Origin: Macrostomum lignano
Lineage: Eukaryota
Assembly (NCBI GenBank): GCA_002269645.1
Contig: NIVC01002497.1
Coordinates: 1 to 64,000, forward strand
Reading direction: 5' to 3'
Length of the DNA stretch: 64,000 bases
A program made the position numbers and the translations under genes. Shown piece after piece: positions 23,995 through 64,000 of this stretch. The notes below the pieces were generated by a model. It did not search any database, had not been told where the DNA came from, and was given only the letters and a program-made list of their open reading frames with translations. Position 1 is the stretch's first letter. The number at the start of each line of letters is the position of its first letter.

Positions 23995-26900
23995 TTTTGG
24001 TGCGTGGAGCCGGGAGGCAAAGGGAGATGGGAGTGGCAGAGTGTTGTTGCATTTTGGGCGGAGAAATGAGACTTCTTCTTCAAGTCGCCACCCATCGAGA
24101 GCCACACCCAGCTCAAGGCGGGATCTGCGGGGACCCCTCCCACCCGCAGGCCGGCCCCACCATTGATGCAGGATTTTGCCGGGGATTGCTCAGAAAATCC
24201 CCCGCAAACCAAAGTGCTTCTGTTTTCCACGAATTCCTAATTTTTCACTTATCCGCGAGAGGCCAACAACGCCCAATTTTTTCTATTTTCTGAAAACTGC
24301 TTTACTGCCCCAACGTGACCTATTTTGCTCTCTTAAAGGTATAAAACAGAAGGATAATGAAGGCAGGATCAGGGCGGATGCAGAGTGAGAGAAAGATCAG
24401 CAGCACCCAGGGCCAAAGAGAGCAGCTGCCGAATGGTAAAGGAGGCATCAGAGAGAGAGAGGGGGGGAGGGGTTCTGAGGGTCCGGCAGAGACGGAGTAG
24501 CCTTTCCCTTGACTCCCCTTATCAAAGCTGTGCGAGCAAGCCGGCCCACACACACACACAGTGCACTGTACAGTCAGGCCATGTGCAGCAGCGCAATCGC
24601 CCAGGCCTTCACACTAAGACAGGGGGAGGGAGGGAGAGGGAAGGGGGTGGATGCCCTCAATGCTTTCTTGGCTGGCCTCAATACAGTGCGAGAAGAGGCA
24701 GCCCGGTCCGTACGGCGCAGGCGCAGGAAGGGAGCCGGGGGAGGAGGAGAACAGGAAAATCATTCATGGAATGCGCCTTCTCCTCTATCTTATTACTAGG
24801 CGCCAGCAAGGGGCAGAAATAGTGGGAAGTGGTGGCAGAGTAGCGGCCGAGGGCTAGTAGAAAAAAAAGAACTTTAACGGGCAAATGGGCGAAGAGTGGG
24901 AAGGAGAGTGTGAGAGGGAACGGAGGGAACGGAGGACAGAGCAAGGCTTCGTATCTTATTCCTTCTAGCCTAATCCGCTCCCTCTATCCTTGCCAGGCGG
25001 TGAGGTGGTGCAGCGGCGGAGTGAGTCGAAAGGGGGGGGGTGGCTGAGCAGCCCTGTAGAGCACCCGGGCCAGGCAGCAATTCCATTCACTACACTGAGG
25101 GCTTGCGGAAGGAGCAAGTATTGAGGCGGGGGAATTGTGGCAGCCAGGAAAGGCGAAAGAAGGAAGAGATGGACGGCAAGCCTGTACTCGGCAGATTCAG
25201 CTGTGCTATACAGGACCTATCTCAGCTCCTAACCCCCCCCCCCCCCGAATGTAATGCGCCGAGCAGCCTGTCGGGGGCTTGAGAAGGAAAATGAGGAGAA
25301 TGAAGGGCTGCCTTAGCTGGGCGTTGCACTAATGCGCCGAAAATCCGTCTCAGATTAAAGCAGGGAGATGGGAAGGAGAAAAATGAGAGGCAGGGCAGCG
25401 CTGGCTGATGAAGAGGAGAGAGAGCATGGAAGAGTAGACAGCGAGGGCAGAGAATGGGCGGAGGCGTACTGGGGCATCCCGGAGCAAGAGATGGGAATGA
25501 TACGAGGAGAAAAGAGAAAGGGCGGGGCGCGCACAGACGGAGGCGAAAGAAATAAGGCAGGTATTGGAGCTAATGCAGCAGCCCTGAGACGGACAGCAGC
25601 CTGCATGCCACTTATTCCTTTATCGTTTATCCAGGCTGCAATAGCCGGTATGTGAATTTTGGGGACAGGGATGAAAAGTGAAAGCAGACAAGGGGGGCAT
25701 TATGCCGCAACCAACCACACCCTGATCGGGTTTTTTCTAGTGCTAAATTTGGAAACAAACTCAATGCACGCACAGGGATGCCTATAACAGTTCAGAGACT
25801 TGTGAATAATGAAAATTAATCAAATAATTAAAACATTAGCCAACGACAAAATCGAAGTGAAACTTTGTCAAGCTTTTGTATTAGATTCTTGGTAACACGG
25901 CAAATAGATATCCATTTATTTAAGTTTGCTTTCAATTTTAATGCGTCAGTAAAACCCGATCGGTGCTGCGTGACAAAACTGATTAGCGCTTGCACGTTAT
26001 AGTTTAGTGCGTAGTAAAAGTATATATATGTATATATAAGGGCCAAGAGATAGACAATATAAGTATACCAGTACAATGATTTCAAGTATAAGACGGATGT
26101 ATAATATTAACTATTAAAGAGAGAACCAGTTCAAACGCAAATTCACACCCAAATATCTTATAATAAGCTTTCTAATCTGTTATCCTCTGGGTTACGTATT
26201 ATATAATAACTCAACTGTTATGCGTATATACACAAAACCACGGCTATTATTAATTTTGTATTCAATACAGTACAGAGCGATTAATCTTGAATAAAAAAAT
26301 GTCCAAAGTGGTTTGCCTGGCTTAACCGCGTACAAAAAAAACACAGATCGGGTTTATATTGCTAGCGACAATGCGGCATTAATTAATTAATTAAAATCAG
26401 CGCCTTAGCACTATCCGGAACACAGTTTGAAGCGTGCGACTATTAGCATTGTATAATCCAAGTAATAGCTTTAATAATAAGATTATTATAGAAATCCAGT
26501 TCCGCCTCCCAGTCCGGGGAGAGGCGCAACAAGTCGTAGTTAAGAATCGGAGAGAAAAAACACACGAATTTGCAAAAGAGATTTGAGACAGACGAGGGCA
26601 GTCGGCGGGCGGGCTGAATCGCAATAAAAAATGTAACTAGAAGAGAATTAAACAACACCGAAAATAGCCTCTGAATTTGCTTTCTGACTAGCGGAGACTG
26701 AAAGGAGTAACAAATGTTGGTTGGGATGAACGGGCGGTGGGCAGTTGGTGTCTGGGCACGAAAAAGGCTAAAAAGCGACTTAAATTTATTCGATATAAAT
26801 ATAGGAAAGCTAACAATAAGAATAGTAATGATAATAATAATATTGGCCTGTTAATATATCTGTCTACAAGGATTGTTAACAAATAACGGAGATGCTAAAT

Positions 26901-27788
26901 TTTCTTTTTAATTGAAACAAAGAACAGTAGTTTTCTATAACAAATACACAGGGAACACGTGTAACTGCGAATATGTAGTATTCTTACATATACACGGGGC
27001 CGTAGCGAGGGGGTTGTAATTTATAGGAAGCGGGATTGAAACAGTTAAAGGGAAAAGCAGACACACACAGACAGATTTACTGGATAGGGCTTATATCTAT
27101 CATTTCTACTTGAGTTTTTTTAGCTTAGGGGTAGCTAGCTACAAGGGAGGGTAGGGGAGAGAAGAGTAGGCTGCTGGGACCAGGCGGTGATGGAGCTGAG
27201 CAGCCGCGGGGATACATAATATTAAAATAGTAATTATAAACCGATAGTAGAAACGGTGCATGGCGGAGACTAGAGAGCTGATCATTATAAATAAATAAAT
27301 ATATATATGCATAACATGAATATAACTATAAAAACAATGCCGGAGACACAGGTGCTAAATAACACAGACAAGTTAATGGCTGAGGCCGGCCAATTACTTA
27401 TTAACGTGTAACAGTTGCTTGTGTAAAGACTAAAGAAGCCAAGCAAAGCAAACAAGTTGTCAAGGATAGATGGATATTAATTAGAAAAATTGAGTGTCTT
27501 TAAAAACTTCTAAGCTGACAGGGCACAGCGGCGGTACCAACCATACAGAATAGAAAATAAGAGTAGGGTAAAATAAAATATATTGACTTATTGCATAGAG
27601 TTGGCTGGCTTAAAACGCGGTTAGGTGTGCGCTGAACAAAGCTCGGACAATGAGACACACACACAAGTAAGCGATATTAGGCCCTAGCGTAGCATTGTTA
27701 GATTTCATACATTCGCAGCCACCCTGATTTACACTGGCCATGTGACCTACTTTTTGATAAAAAAATTCAACTTACCTGTGAAAAATTT

Positions 27789-27853
27789 GGGGTAAACGGC
27801 AGGAGTAACTATGACTGTATTATTAAAGCGAAATGCTTCGTCATATAATTAGT
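27789..27853 (+). pseudogene. Decayed 28S rRNA fragment (helix 69-71 region)
   Basis: GGGTAAACGGCAGGAGTAACTATGACTGTATTATTAAAGCGAAATGCTTCGTCATATAATTAGT aligns to the conserved LSU sequence GGGTAAACGGCGGGAGTAACTATGACTCTCTTAAGGTAGCCAAATGCCTCGTCATCTAATTAGT. No other rDNA lies around it. Confidence 0.85.
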
Positions 27854-28514
27854 ACTACCGTTTGTATTATTTTGGGATTTTTGTGATTTACCCCTGGTCT
27901 ACCACAATTTACAGGTCGGCCATGAACTGAGATAAACAATTATATTCTATATAAATTTCTACAACTGTACTGGTTATTGTGTCTGTCTGCCTGAGCATTG
28001 CAACAGCACAGACTTATGCAATAAGCTTGCGTCCAGAGCCGAATGGTGTTCAGACATCAACTATTCGGATTATAAAAGCGCAGTAAGAGCATCATTGAAT
28101 AATATTTATAATATTAGTTCGCTACAGATTCATATAGAAAATCATTTTCTTTTTTTTAAAAATTGCAAAACACACAGGAAAACCAACAGACTGTGTCAAA
28201 GGTGTTGCGCAACTGACACAGAAAATAACATACACACAGAAAGATAAGGTGACACTATTATATAATAGTAAGTAACGCGGGGTTCAGTACACGATTTTCG
28301 TTTAAAGTAATAATATAACAGAAGAGTATGGATGGTGGGTGGCAGAACACACAGAGGGCCAAGGCGAGGCCGTGAGTGTGAGAGTCAATTTAACTGGGCG
28401 AGAGAGACCATGGGATAAGAGAGAGAGAGACAGATGGGATATTTCAGGTCAATTTTCGCGCAAAACGCAGTCTCGGGGGCGCGGCGGCATCCGCTCCCCG
28501 CAGTGCGCCTGCGG

Positions 28515-41603
<13,089 letters not shown>

Positions 41604-42557
41604 AAACAGAAGATCAAATTTCTTTCAAAAAGTGGTACCCACCTTAGGGGTGCCTGACAAAGCTGCTGGTTGAGCTTTGAGGGTCAAAATGAAATATAAT
41701 TAAAGCTACTACTATGAATTAGTTGAAGTAAAAAAACAAATTAGCATATTGAAGAGCCATTTTTGCAACAAAATTCTAAACGTAGTTCATTCAATATTTC
41801 AACAAATAAAGTGCCTAATAAGATTAAAATTATGTCCAATGGACTCTGGACTCGAGAGCTCAAGTTGATATGCTACTACAGGTACAGTACTACAGTACAG
41901 TGCCTCTAAGCTATATTCACCACGTCACTCTACAACTTGGGAGCTGAGTAGATAATTATTCTTTGTTTCTTTGTCGCTTTAATCACAGCCAGCTGATTTC
42001 ATGTCTCAAGTAGTTATATAGAAATTTGCTGAAAAATTCCAGCCAATGATGAATTGCGTATGTTTATATTTTCAAAAAAGTGCTCTTATTTTTTCATCGC
42101 AAAAGAAGAGAAGCAAAGTCGTTAAAAACGCAACGCGTTAAAAAATGGTGTAAGTTTTTATTTTATGCTGCATAGCTTTCCCATCTATTGATAGTTAGGG
42201 CTTAAATTTCAGAATTTTTAAAGTTATTGACCAAAATTCTACATCTGCATTTTACATAACCGTAATTTGTTGCTCATACCTCATCTTTGTTGCAATTAAT
42301 TTCAAATCTCACTTTAAGCATTATGGTGAAAGGCAACATTAAAAAATCTTATTTCAATTAGTATTTCCTTACCACCTATTTAGCTTTGTCTCTAAGGTTA
42401 AAAATCTTGGCCCATGGCCTTGTGTTTATGACAAGGAATCCTATATTTGCATGTTGCGCTTTTGAGGAAGCGACATTTCCAATTTTGATTGCATTCGATA
42501 TGGACCATATACTGTATATCGATTGGGGAATTAATCTTGAAGGATTAGATGATATGC

Positions 42558-43770
42558 CTCAACGCCTTCCTTGACATCCCCCCGCTGGATATCTTTGTCC
42601 GCAAGGAATCTGCTAAGACTGATTTACACCGGCTTTCGTTTCCTGCCCACAGGGCCCATGGCTAAGCACAAGCTCCGCCTCACGCTGACTCTGCCTCAAA
42701 GACTTGGAGAGACGGCGCGGTGAGCTCCACGTCTTATCTGACGGCGCGTCTCGCACTAACAACCTCTCAGCGCTACAAGGTCACCATCCCTTCAAGTGAT
42801 GTTGCCACTGACCACTGGAATTTCCATGCAGGAGGCCCATTGTTACACGGACGGATCCATCAAAGACTGCTACGATCATCATCAATGGCCGCGTCACTGC
42901 CATGCATGCCCAGCACACTGGCAATCTCCACGGTCTTCCAGAACGAAGTCCTTGCTATCAGCTTCTACGCTGCAGAGCTGAATGCCAAATGGTACGAGTG
43001 GAGGGACTATATATAGTCATCGTCAGTCGCCGACTACGCCCGGCAGCTCAACCTCCTGGATAGCAATACTGTCAGGCTGAAGTAGATCCAGGACACGCAG
43101 GGTTCCCGGAGCGAGTTGGCAGACACCCTCGCCAAAAGGGGCGGCTCTGCATGGCTCCCTCCTACACCCAGAGCCCCTGGTCCCTGCCTATCTCTTCTAC
43201 CAGTCATCAATCTTAAGATGGATGACTGGGCTGATTCCCTTCACGGGACTGATGCGGGCGCCCAGAACTTCCGACAATCACGCGCTGCGGTTCCGTGCCC
43301 TCCTCGCAGGCTCAGAAACATCCTTCTGAACGAAACCGGAAGAATATTCGCGCCCTCGTCATGACCTATTTACCGGCCATGGCTACCTCGCCAGGCAGCT
43401 GTTTCCTCCGAGGCGACCTCAAGAGTGAACTTTGCCTCTTTTGCGAATACGACAATGAAGATGCTCAGCTCTTTGTCTGTCACTGCCCTTAATTCTTTAT
43501 CAGAGACCGGCGTCAGAGTCCATTGACGAGGTCTGCCAGCCCGACAGCATCCCACGACTCATCCAGTTTCTCAGGGCGACAAGACGAGCCACGTTCTTGA
43601 TTCCTACGAAAGATCACACTGTAGGACGGACCGGCGCGCGGACCACCCTGACCGGCCCCACGCCTCTGCTTGTTTGCGGGCTTTCAGGTGTTATCGGAAT
43701 GGGCGACCCTCGCCTCCCCACTGTGTCTACGGATCACCCTGCAGCTAAGTCAAGTACAAGTAAGTCAGCA
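42558..43770 (+). mobile_element. Degraded 5'-truncated non-LTR retrotransposon with RNase H and CCHC knuckle
   Basis: Fragments in several frames: LNAFLDIPPLDIFV, HCYTDGS, PGHAGFP, LADTLAKRG, and CLFCEYDNEDAQLFVCHCP. It ends in a (CAAGT)-like tail. Confidence 0.8.
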
Positions 43771-44172
43771 TTAAGATATGCATAAATTAAGCATGTGTAC
43801 ACGCTTAGTTTGGCGTGAAAATGTATTAGCTGCAATTTAAATAAAGGTACATGTTCAAAGTACATACGTATGTAACTTGTTAAACATGTATGTTTACATG
43901 TGAAGTACATCAATTAGAAATGATACTGCTATTAATCAAATGTACGCGTATTGAAATTAATTAAGCAATTAAAAAACGAAATCCAGCACAAATATTCACA
44001 CTAGAGAAATATTTAAACTTACTGTATAGAAAGGCTGCAAAAATATTTTAATTATTTACTGCGTTCTGGGTTCTGGAACTCTCAAATAATGTACGTGTAC
44101 TTTGTACATGAAAGTGATGAATTGTACATGGTAACTGTTTTTCAGAAATTGGCTCAAGATATTTGGCCTGCT

Positions 44173-59090
<14,918 letters not shown>

Positions 59091-59204
59091 TGACGGAGCT
59101 AGGGTTCTGAAATGGATGATACGTTCCTGGCTGATAACTCCGGGTGGGATGGAATATGAGCTTAAAGTGTGCCAAGGTGAAGTAAAGTGATGCAGAATTG
59201 CAAG

Positions 59205-59515
59205 AGTTTTTGTTTGCAAGAGATTACACAAGATTACACACCTGCCCCAATGGCCAGACCGACAGCTCAGCCGCAGCTATTGCGCAGCGCATGTGAAGGC
59301 TGCGTACGGCTGTTCAGTCCAAGGACTGGGGGGGGGGGTCCAAGGACACACACCCTCAGTTACCCCCGCTAATGCTGGCACCCATTTTACAGCTGGGTGA
59401 ACTGAAGCAATGCAGAGTTAAGTGTCTTGCTCAATAACACAAATTGTTCTGAGTGGGTCGGAGAATCGAACCCCAGACCTTTCAGTCGTGAGTCCGACGA
59501 TCTAGCCACTACTCT
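59205..59515 (-). mobile_element. tRNA-derived SINE, family B copy 2 (probably full length)
   Basis: 59360-59515 is near-identical to 3000-3160 (tRNA-like head with B box GGTTCGATTCTC plus CORE-like domain). It continues into a 3' part with a TGTAATCT repeated tail near 59220-59245. Confidence 0.75.
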
Positions 59516-60817
59516 AGATTAACGCTAAGATTGATACCGACCTACCTCACGAAAAGTGGAAACGAACGAAATTTCTGTTGTTTATGGTTGAAATGAAATT
59601 TTATTAACAGTAAAAGTAATGCATTGTTATTTTTAACGTTAAACGCTTACACTAAAGACCAGGACAAATGACGCAAGCCCAGTTGGGTGCCAAGAGGTAG
59701 CTGAGTTTCTCAATTAACCTCAATCTCTCAATATTGCTGTTCTATAACAGAGTCTAATATAATGTAGATGCCAAGTCTGATCGATTCTTCTGATTGGATG
59801 CCGATAAGAAGCGCAACCCTATGAAATTTTAGCGAGTGAATTAGACACTATAGCTGGACTACTATAATTGACAGCACAGCCTATTGCGCGCACTAGCAAG
59901 CTATAAGCTGCAGGGACCAACTAGAAGAAGGAGCGGTAACAGACAGCTGATTGAAACTTGATTAATTAGTGAACAATCCAATTGGGTTGTGTAGTTGTTA
60001 AAAAAAGATTAATGCCCAAGTTAGATTACTGCTTCAATCCCTCCAGTGTACAGGTAATAGCACAGGTATAAGTACAGATATAGTATACGTAGTACGAGGT
60101 ACCTGTACACTATAGGTACCTGTACACTGTTCTGACTAAAAAACTAGGCCTAATTCTAAGAAAACTTAGGTTACATGCAGTTTTATCCAGTTACATCAGC
60201 TCTAACTAATTCAAGTACCAAATATATGATCCTTGACTCAATTGATGTCCAAAGCTACCTCTATTTTAGAGGTTGGAATTAACTGCAGACGGAACAACAT
60301 TTTCCTGTTTGCCTCAATCTGATTAGCAGTTAGCTAGTCAGAGATTTGGATACTTAATTAGTGCTTGTAGTCAGTGGTGATGAATTAAAAATGCAGAAAA
60401 CATTTCCGTCAAGTAAATATTGTATAAGTAGTGCGCCTGCATCGCAAGCACAATTTAGCTGGATTTGACTTTGAATCCGATTCAACCCTCAGTCGCTGCG
60501 CTGCTAAGGGCCTGACAATGCAAGGAAGCAGGCGAAGAACTTAAATGGCTGCCCACGGCAGTATTGAAGACGCGGGAGAACTTGAAAAAAGATGTGCAGG
60601 CTTTGGAGTATTTATAGCTAAGCAGGTAGGAAAGAGGATCCGAGAGCCTTAATTGCACCAGGCCAGGCCCCCAAAACGCGGTATTAAAAGAGGAATTGCG
60701 GCACCGACCATCTTTGCCACATCCGGATGTGGAGTTGCGGGGGATTAAAAAGCTGTTTCTTGCTCTTAATGGCATGATTAATTTTTTTTCCAATGCATGG
60801 CACCTTTCATAAGAATA

Positions 60818-61033
60818 AATGTACGATCGTCAATAGGTGTACGATCGTCAATAGGTGTACGATCGTCAATAGGTGTACCATCGTCAATAGGTGTACGATC
60901 GTCAATAGGTGTACGATCGTCAATAGGTTTACGATCGTGAATAGGTAGGTGTACGATCGTCGATAGGTGTGCGATCGTCAATAGGTGTACGATCGTCAAT
61001 AGGTGTACGATCGTCAATAGGTGTACGATCGTC
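60818..61033. repeat. 18-nt minisatellite (GTGTACGATCGTCAATAG)
   Basis: About 12 copies, each containing the palindrome ACGATCGT. Confidence 0.95.
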
Positions 61034-62837
61034 AGGCTGCATGCATTATTAGTTTTGTAAACAACAAGTCTTTTTACTATAGCTTATGTTTCTTAAAATA
61101 TTGCAGCGAATTTTAGCCTTTCTCTCTGGTGCACACGTATAAATAAATGTACATATTGTCAGAAACTTGATTCTACCCGAAAACAAAATAGTGAACAATA
61201 TTCTACGAGTATATTTAGATGCACGATTACAATTTACACGATTACGATTTCATTAAAATCGATTATGTTTATATAAACGAACGATCATATGTACTCATAC
61301 CATACAGAAAACCTTTGGAAGGTTTCAATTGTCATGTAGGATGTAGTCCAAGTTTAGAATTTATTAGAAACGCCACAAATAATTTGCCGGTGGTTTTCAA
61401 GGTTAAGCCATTAACTTGTCAATAAAATAATCGAAAAACTTCCAAGCCTTGAAAACTTATACTGCAAGCTGTCTATAGATCTTTCTTAAACATCATGTAC
61501 AGTATAACGACACTTAGTCCCTGCCATGTGCGTGAAATATATAAATTTATGTTTTAAATGCATAAACACACATGTATTATACGCGTTTGTACATTTATGT
61601 GTATCTGCATGTGTACATGTGAATTTAATGAAAAAGTAGTACAGTTCAGATTGTCTGAGCCTCCAGCATATGATCCTACTACATGAGAATAAAAACTTGG
61701 AATAAGAAATGAGAAACTCAAAAGCAAAAGCAAATAAAAAAACTATATTTCCCATCTACTCTCGTCGTCGCGTTTCCTCGTACATGTATATTTCTTGTGA
61801 TGCATATTTTGATACTAATATGACCATTTCAGCATGCAACCATTGACTAGGCCGTTTATTATGGGATTGAGAAGTACTCTATAAATATTCGGGATTGTGG
61901 GCTACGGCAGTTGCAGATTTAATATGTGAGTGAATTCAGGCTTTCAACTAGCCTTTATGAGAAGGCAGCTTAAAGTCTGGTTTATTTTTTACCTTGTTAA
62001 GTAAAACACAGGAACAAGCTAATAAAATAAAGCAGAATATAAAAGTGTGAAATATTATTAAATAAGCATTTAAAAGTTTAAATATGTATTTTAAAGGTTG
62101 CTAATGCAATTTTCACGCCGATTATACGTAACTTTTAAATACGTTTTTTGCTCTTAGTTATCTTAACTTACTAACAACCGAGGTCAGGGACGGACAGTAT
62201 GCATGAGCATGTATCACAGCTGCTAAATCTGAAATCAATACCTTATCGCTCAAGTCACACGGTCTTTCTCAGTAATCAGTGTAGTCTCAAGTTTAGCTGA
62301 AGGTATTCTTGTAATACCGCTGGTTCAAAATTGCTGGATTATTAATACTTTTCTTGTTATTTTTAATTGTTAATTCTGCTACTCAGCTAATATTATTGGC
62401 ATTGCTAGACCTACTACATCCCTAGGCTAGATAATATACATAGCTTTTAACTTGTCTCGAACATATGGATAGATGTCTATAACATATATTGTCTAAAAAT
62501 ATGATTTGATTTTCAGATTACTTTTAGACCCTAAACCTATTTATAAATTTACACATTTCCTTATAAAAAATGAGGCATTTCATATTCTCAAAGTCGGTGT
62601 TTTTCAAATAAAAAATTGTATGCAACAGGGTCTGAGGCACCCCTGTACTATATTATATAAATTGGCCTGCATCCTGCAATGAAGTTTTTTGCATATAATA
62701 TATATAGTTTATGCATTCTTTAGCTATGATTATTATTCTGTTATTCTGGCCTGAGTGGTATAATGGCTTACTGGTATATGTATTGCATGTACTTCCAATC
62801 CTGGGTGTTACCAAGATTAGAAGGTCACAGCCTCCAG

Positions 62838-63417
62838 CAGGGGTGTAGGGGGGGCCTAGCCAGGAATTTCTTATAGGGGGGATGCAAGGATATGAATGAG
62901 TAAAGCTGCTGCTACTTGTACAGCTTGCTGGCCCAATGACAGTTCACAAGAAAAATCAAATATGTAGATGATAGGTAGCTATGAATGGCCAGTCAAGTTT
63001 CTAATTCAATGAAAATCGCACAATTTAGTGAAAAAATGGAAAAAATTCTTTCTACTGAATGCTTGAGTAAATGAAAATCATTTTTTACTTGCTGCCCTAG
63101 CATGCACTATGCTTTCCAATGTATCAATTTTGCTTTTCAACAATATTTTGCTTTCTAATCAATGTAGCACCAATATATTTTAGAGCTATAGAGCAATATG
63201 CAAAATAAAAACAATAAACTGGTAGTCTGACATAGTTAAGAGTTCACAATTACAATTACAACAGCCGCAGGCAATAACACGAATAACACTAACAGTACAG
63301 TAATCATATCAGTATCAGTATTGAATACAAACCTTAGAGATTTAGTAATTTCTTACACCTACCAACTAGGCCCATGGGGGGGATACATCCCCATATCCCC
63401 CCCTGCCTATGCCACTG
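62838..63417. mobile_element. hAT-type MITE with 8-bp TSD
   Basis: Ends CAGGGGTGTAG / CTATGCCACTG form an imperfect TIR with G-run subtermini. Perfect TSD GCCTCCAG at 62830-62837 and 63418-63425. Confidence 0.85.
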
Positions 63418-64000
63418 GCCTCCAGTTATTCTTTCATGTATCAATTTAGGATCTACTTCATAGTCTCTTACTACTTCCACTTTTTAGTAGTATATACTAT
63501 ATGTGTTCTCTGCCATTTCACTTTTCTTTTGCAAATGAATAACTTGGAAAACAATCTTCAATAACATTTACTTGGAACTCTTACTATTTGATATTGGCTT
63601 TCTTTCTTAAGGAACCACGATGCATGAAGTTGGTCTCTTCTCTGCCAAAAATGCTTCTATTTATACTAAAATTTATTGCTAGTTTAAACAAAAATTAGTT
63701 CATGTAAAATATTATGAGAAATATATGTATTATAACAAATGTGTTTTCCTAGATTTGGCACGCATTCAAAATGAGTTATATGATTATCAATTTTGTAAAA
63801 GAATTAGGAAGGGCCTTGCTCAATATGTGTTTGAATATTCTAGGACTAATTCAAAATGATCCCCATTAAAGTAAAACAAAAAAAGCAGTTTTTTCTAAAT
63901 ATTAACCTTTAAATAGATTTGTTTAAATATATAAAATATAATATTAACAAAATAATTACAAATTGATATTATAAAGCACCTCCTGTTACTAAACTGACTA

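Noticed and set aside
22000-25800. Many short overlapping ORFs in GA/CT-rich sequence (also 10900-12000)
   Set aside because: No recognisable domains and no consistent splice chain. They most likely reflect low-complexity noncoding DNA.
60482-60793. GC-richer island with a 103-aa ORF
   Set aside because: No recognisable product or convincing splice context on either strand.

Overview
This is eukaryotic (animal) genomic DNA, not prokaryotic. GC-rich exons with poly-Ala/Gln/Gly linkers and minisatellite-filled introns suggest a free-living flatworm such as Macrostomum, but the species assignment is inference only. Three spliced minus-strand genes reconstruct cleanly with GT-AG junctions and consistent phases: BBS2 (4 exons, 768 aa), a G-protein alpha q subunit (5 exons, 358 aa) and a DTHD1-like ZU5-ZU5-UPA-Death-domain gene (10 exons, about 901 aa). 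Two intronless genes at the left end carry small indels: an orphan class A GPCR (minus, about 6 frameshifts) and an NHL-repeat protein (plus, at least 1). The rest holds 17 different minisatellite/low-complexity arrays, three GATA microsatellites, two tRNA-derived SINE families, two RNase H-bearing LINE 3' fragments, two MITEs with 8-bp TSDs, a Tc1 remnant and a decayed 28S rRNA fragment. Most notable: two perfect RFX X-boxes inside BBS2 coding exons, a 3.1-kb intronic stretch with no CpG, and a different minisatellite in nearly every long intron.
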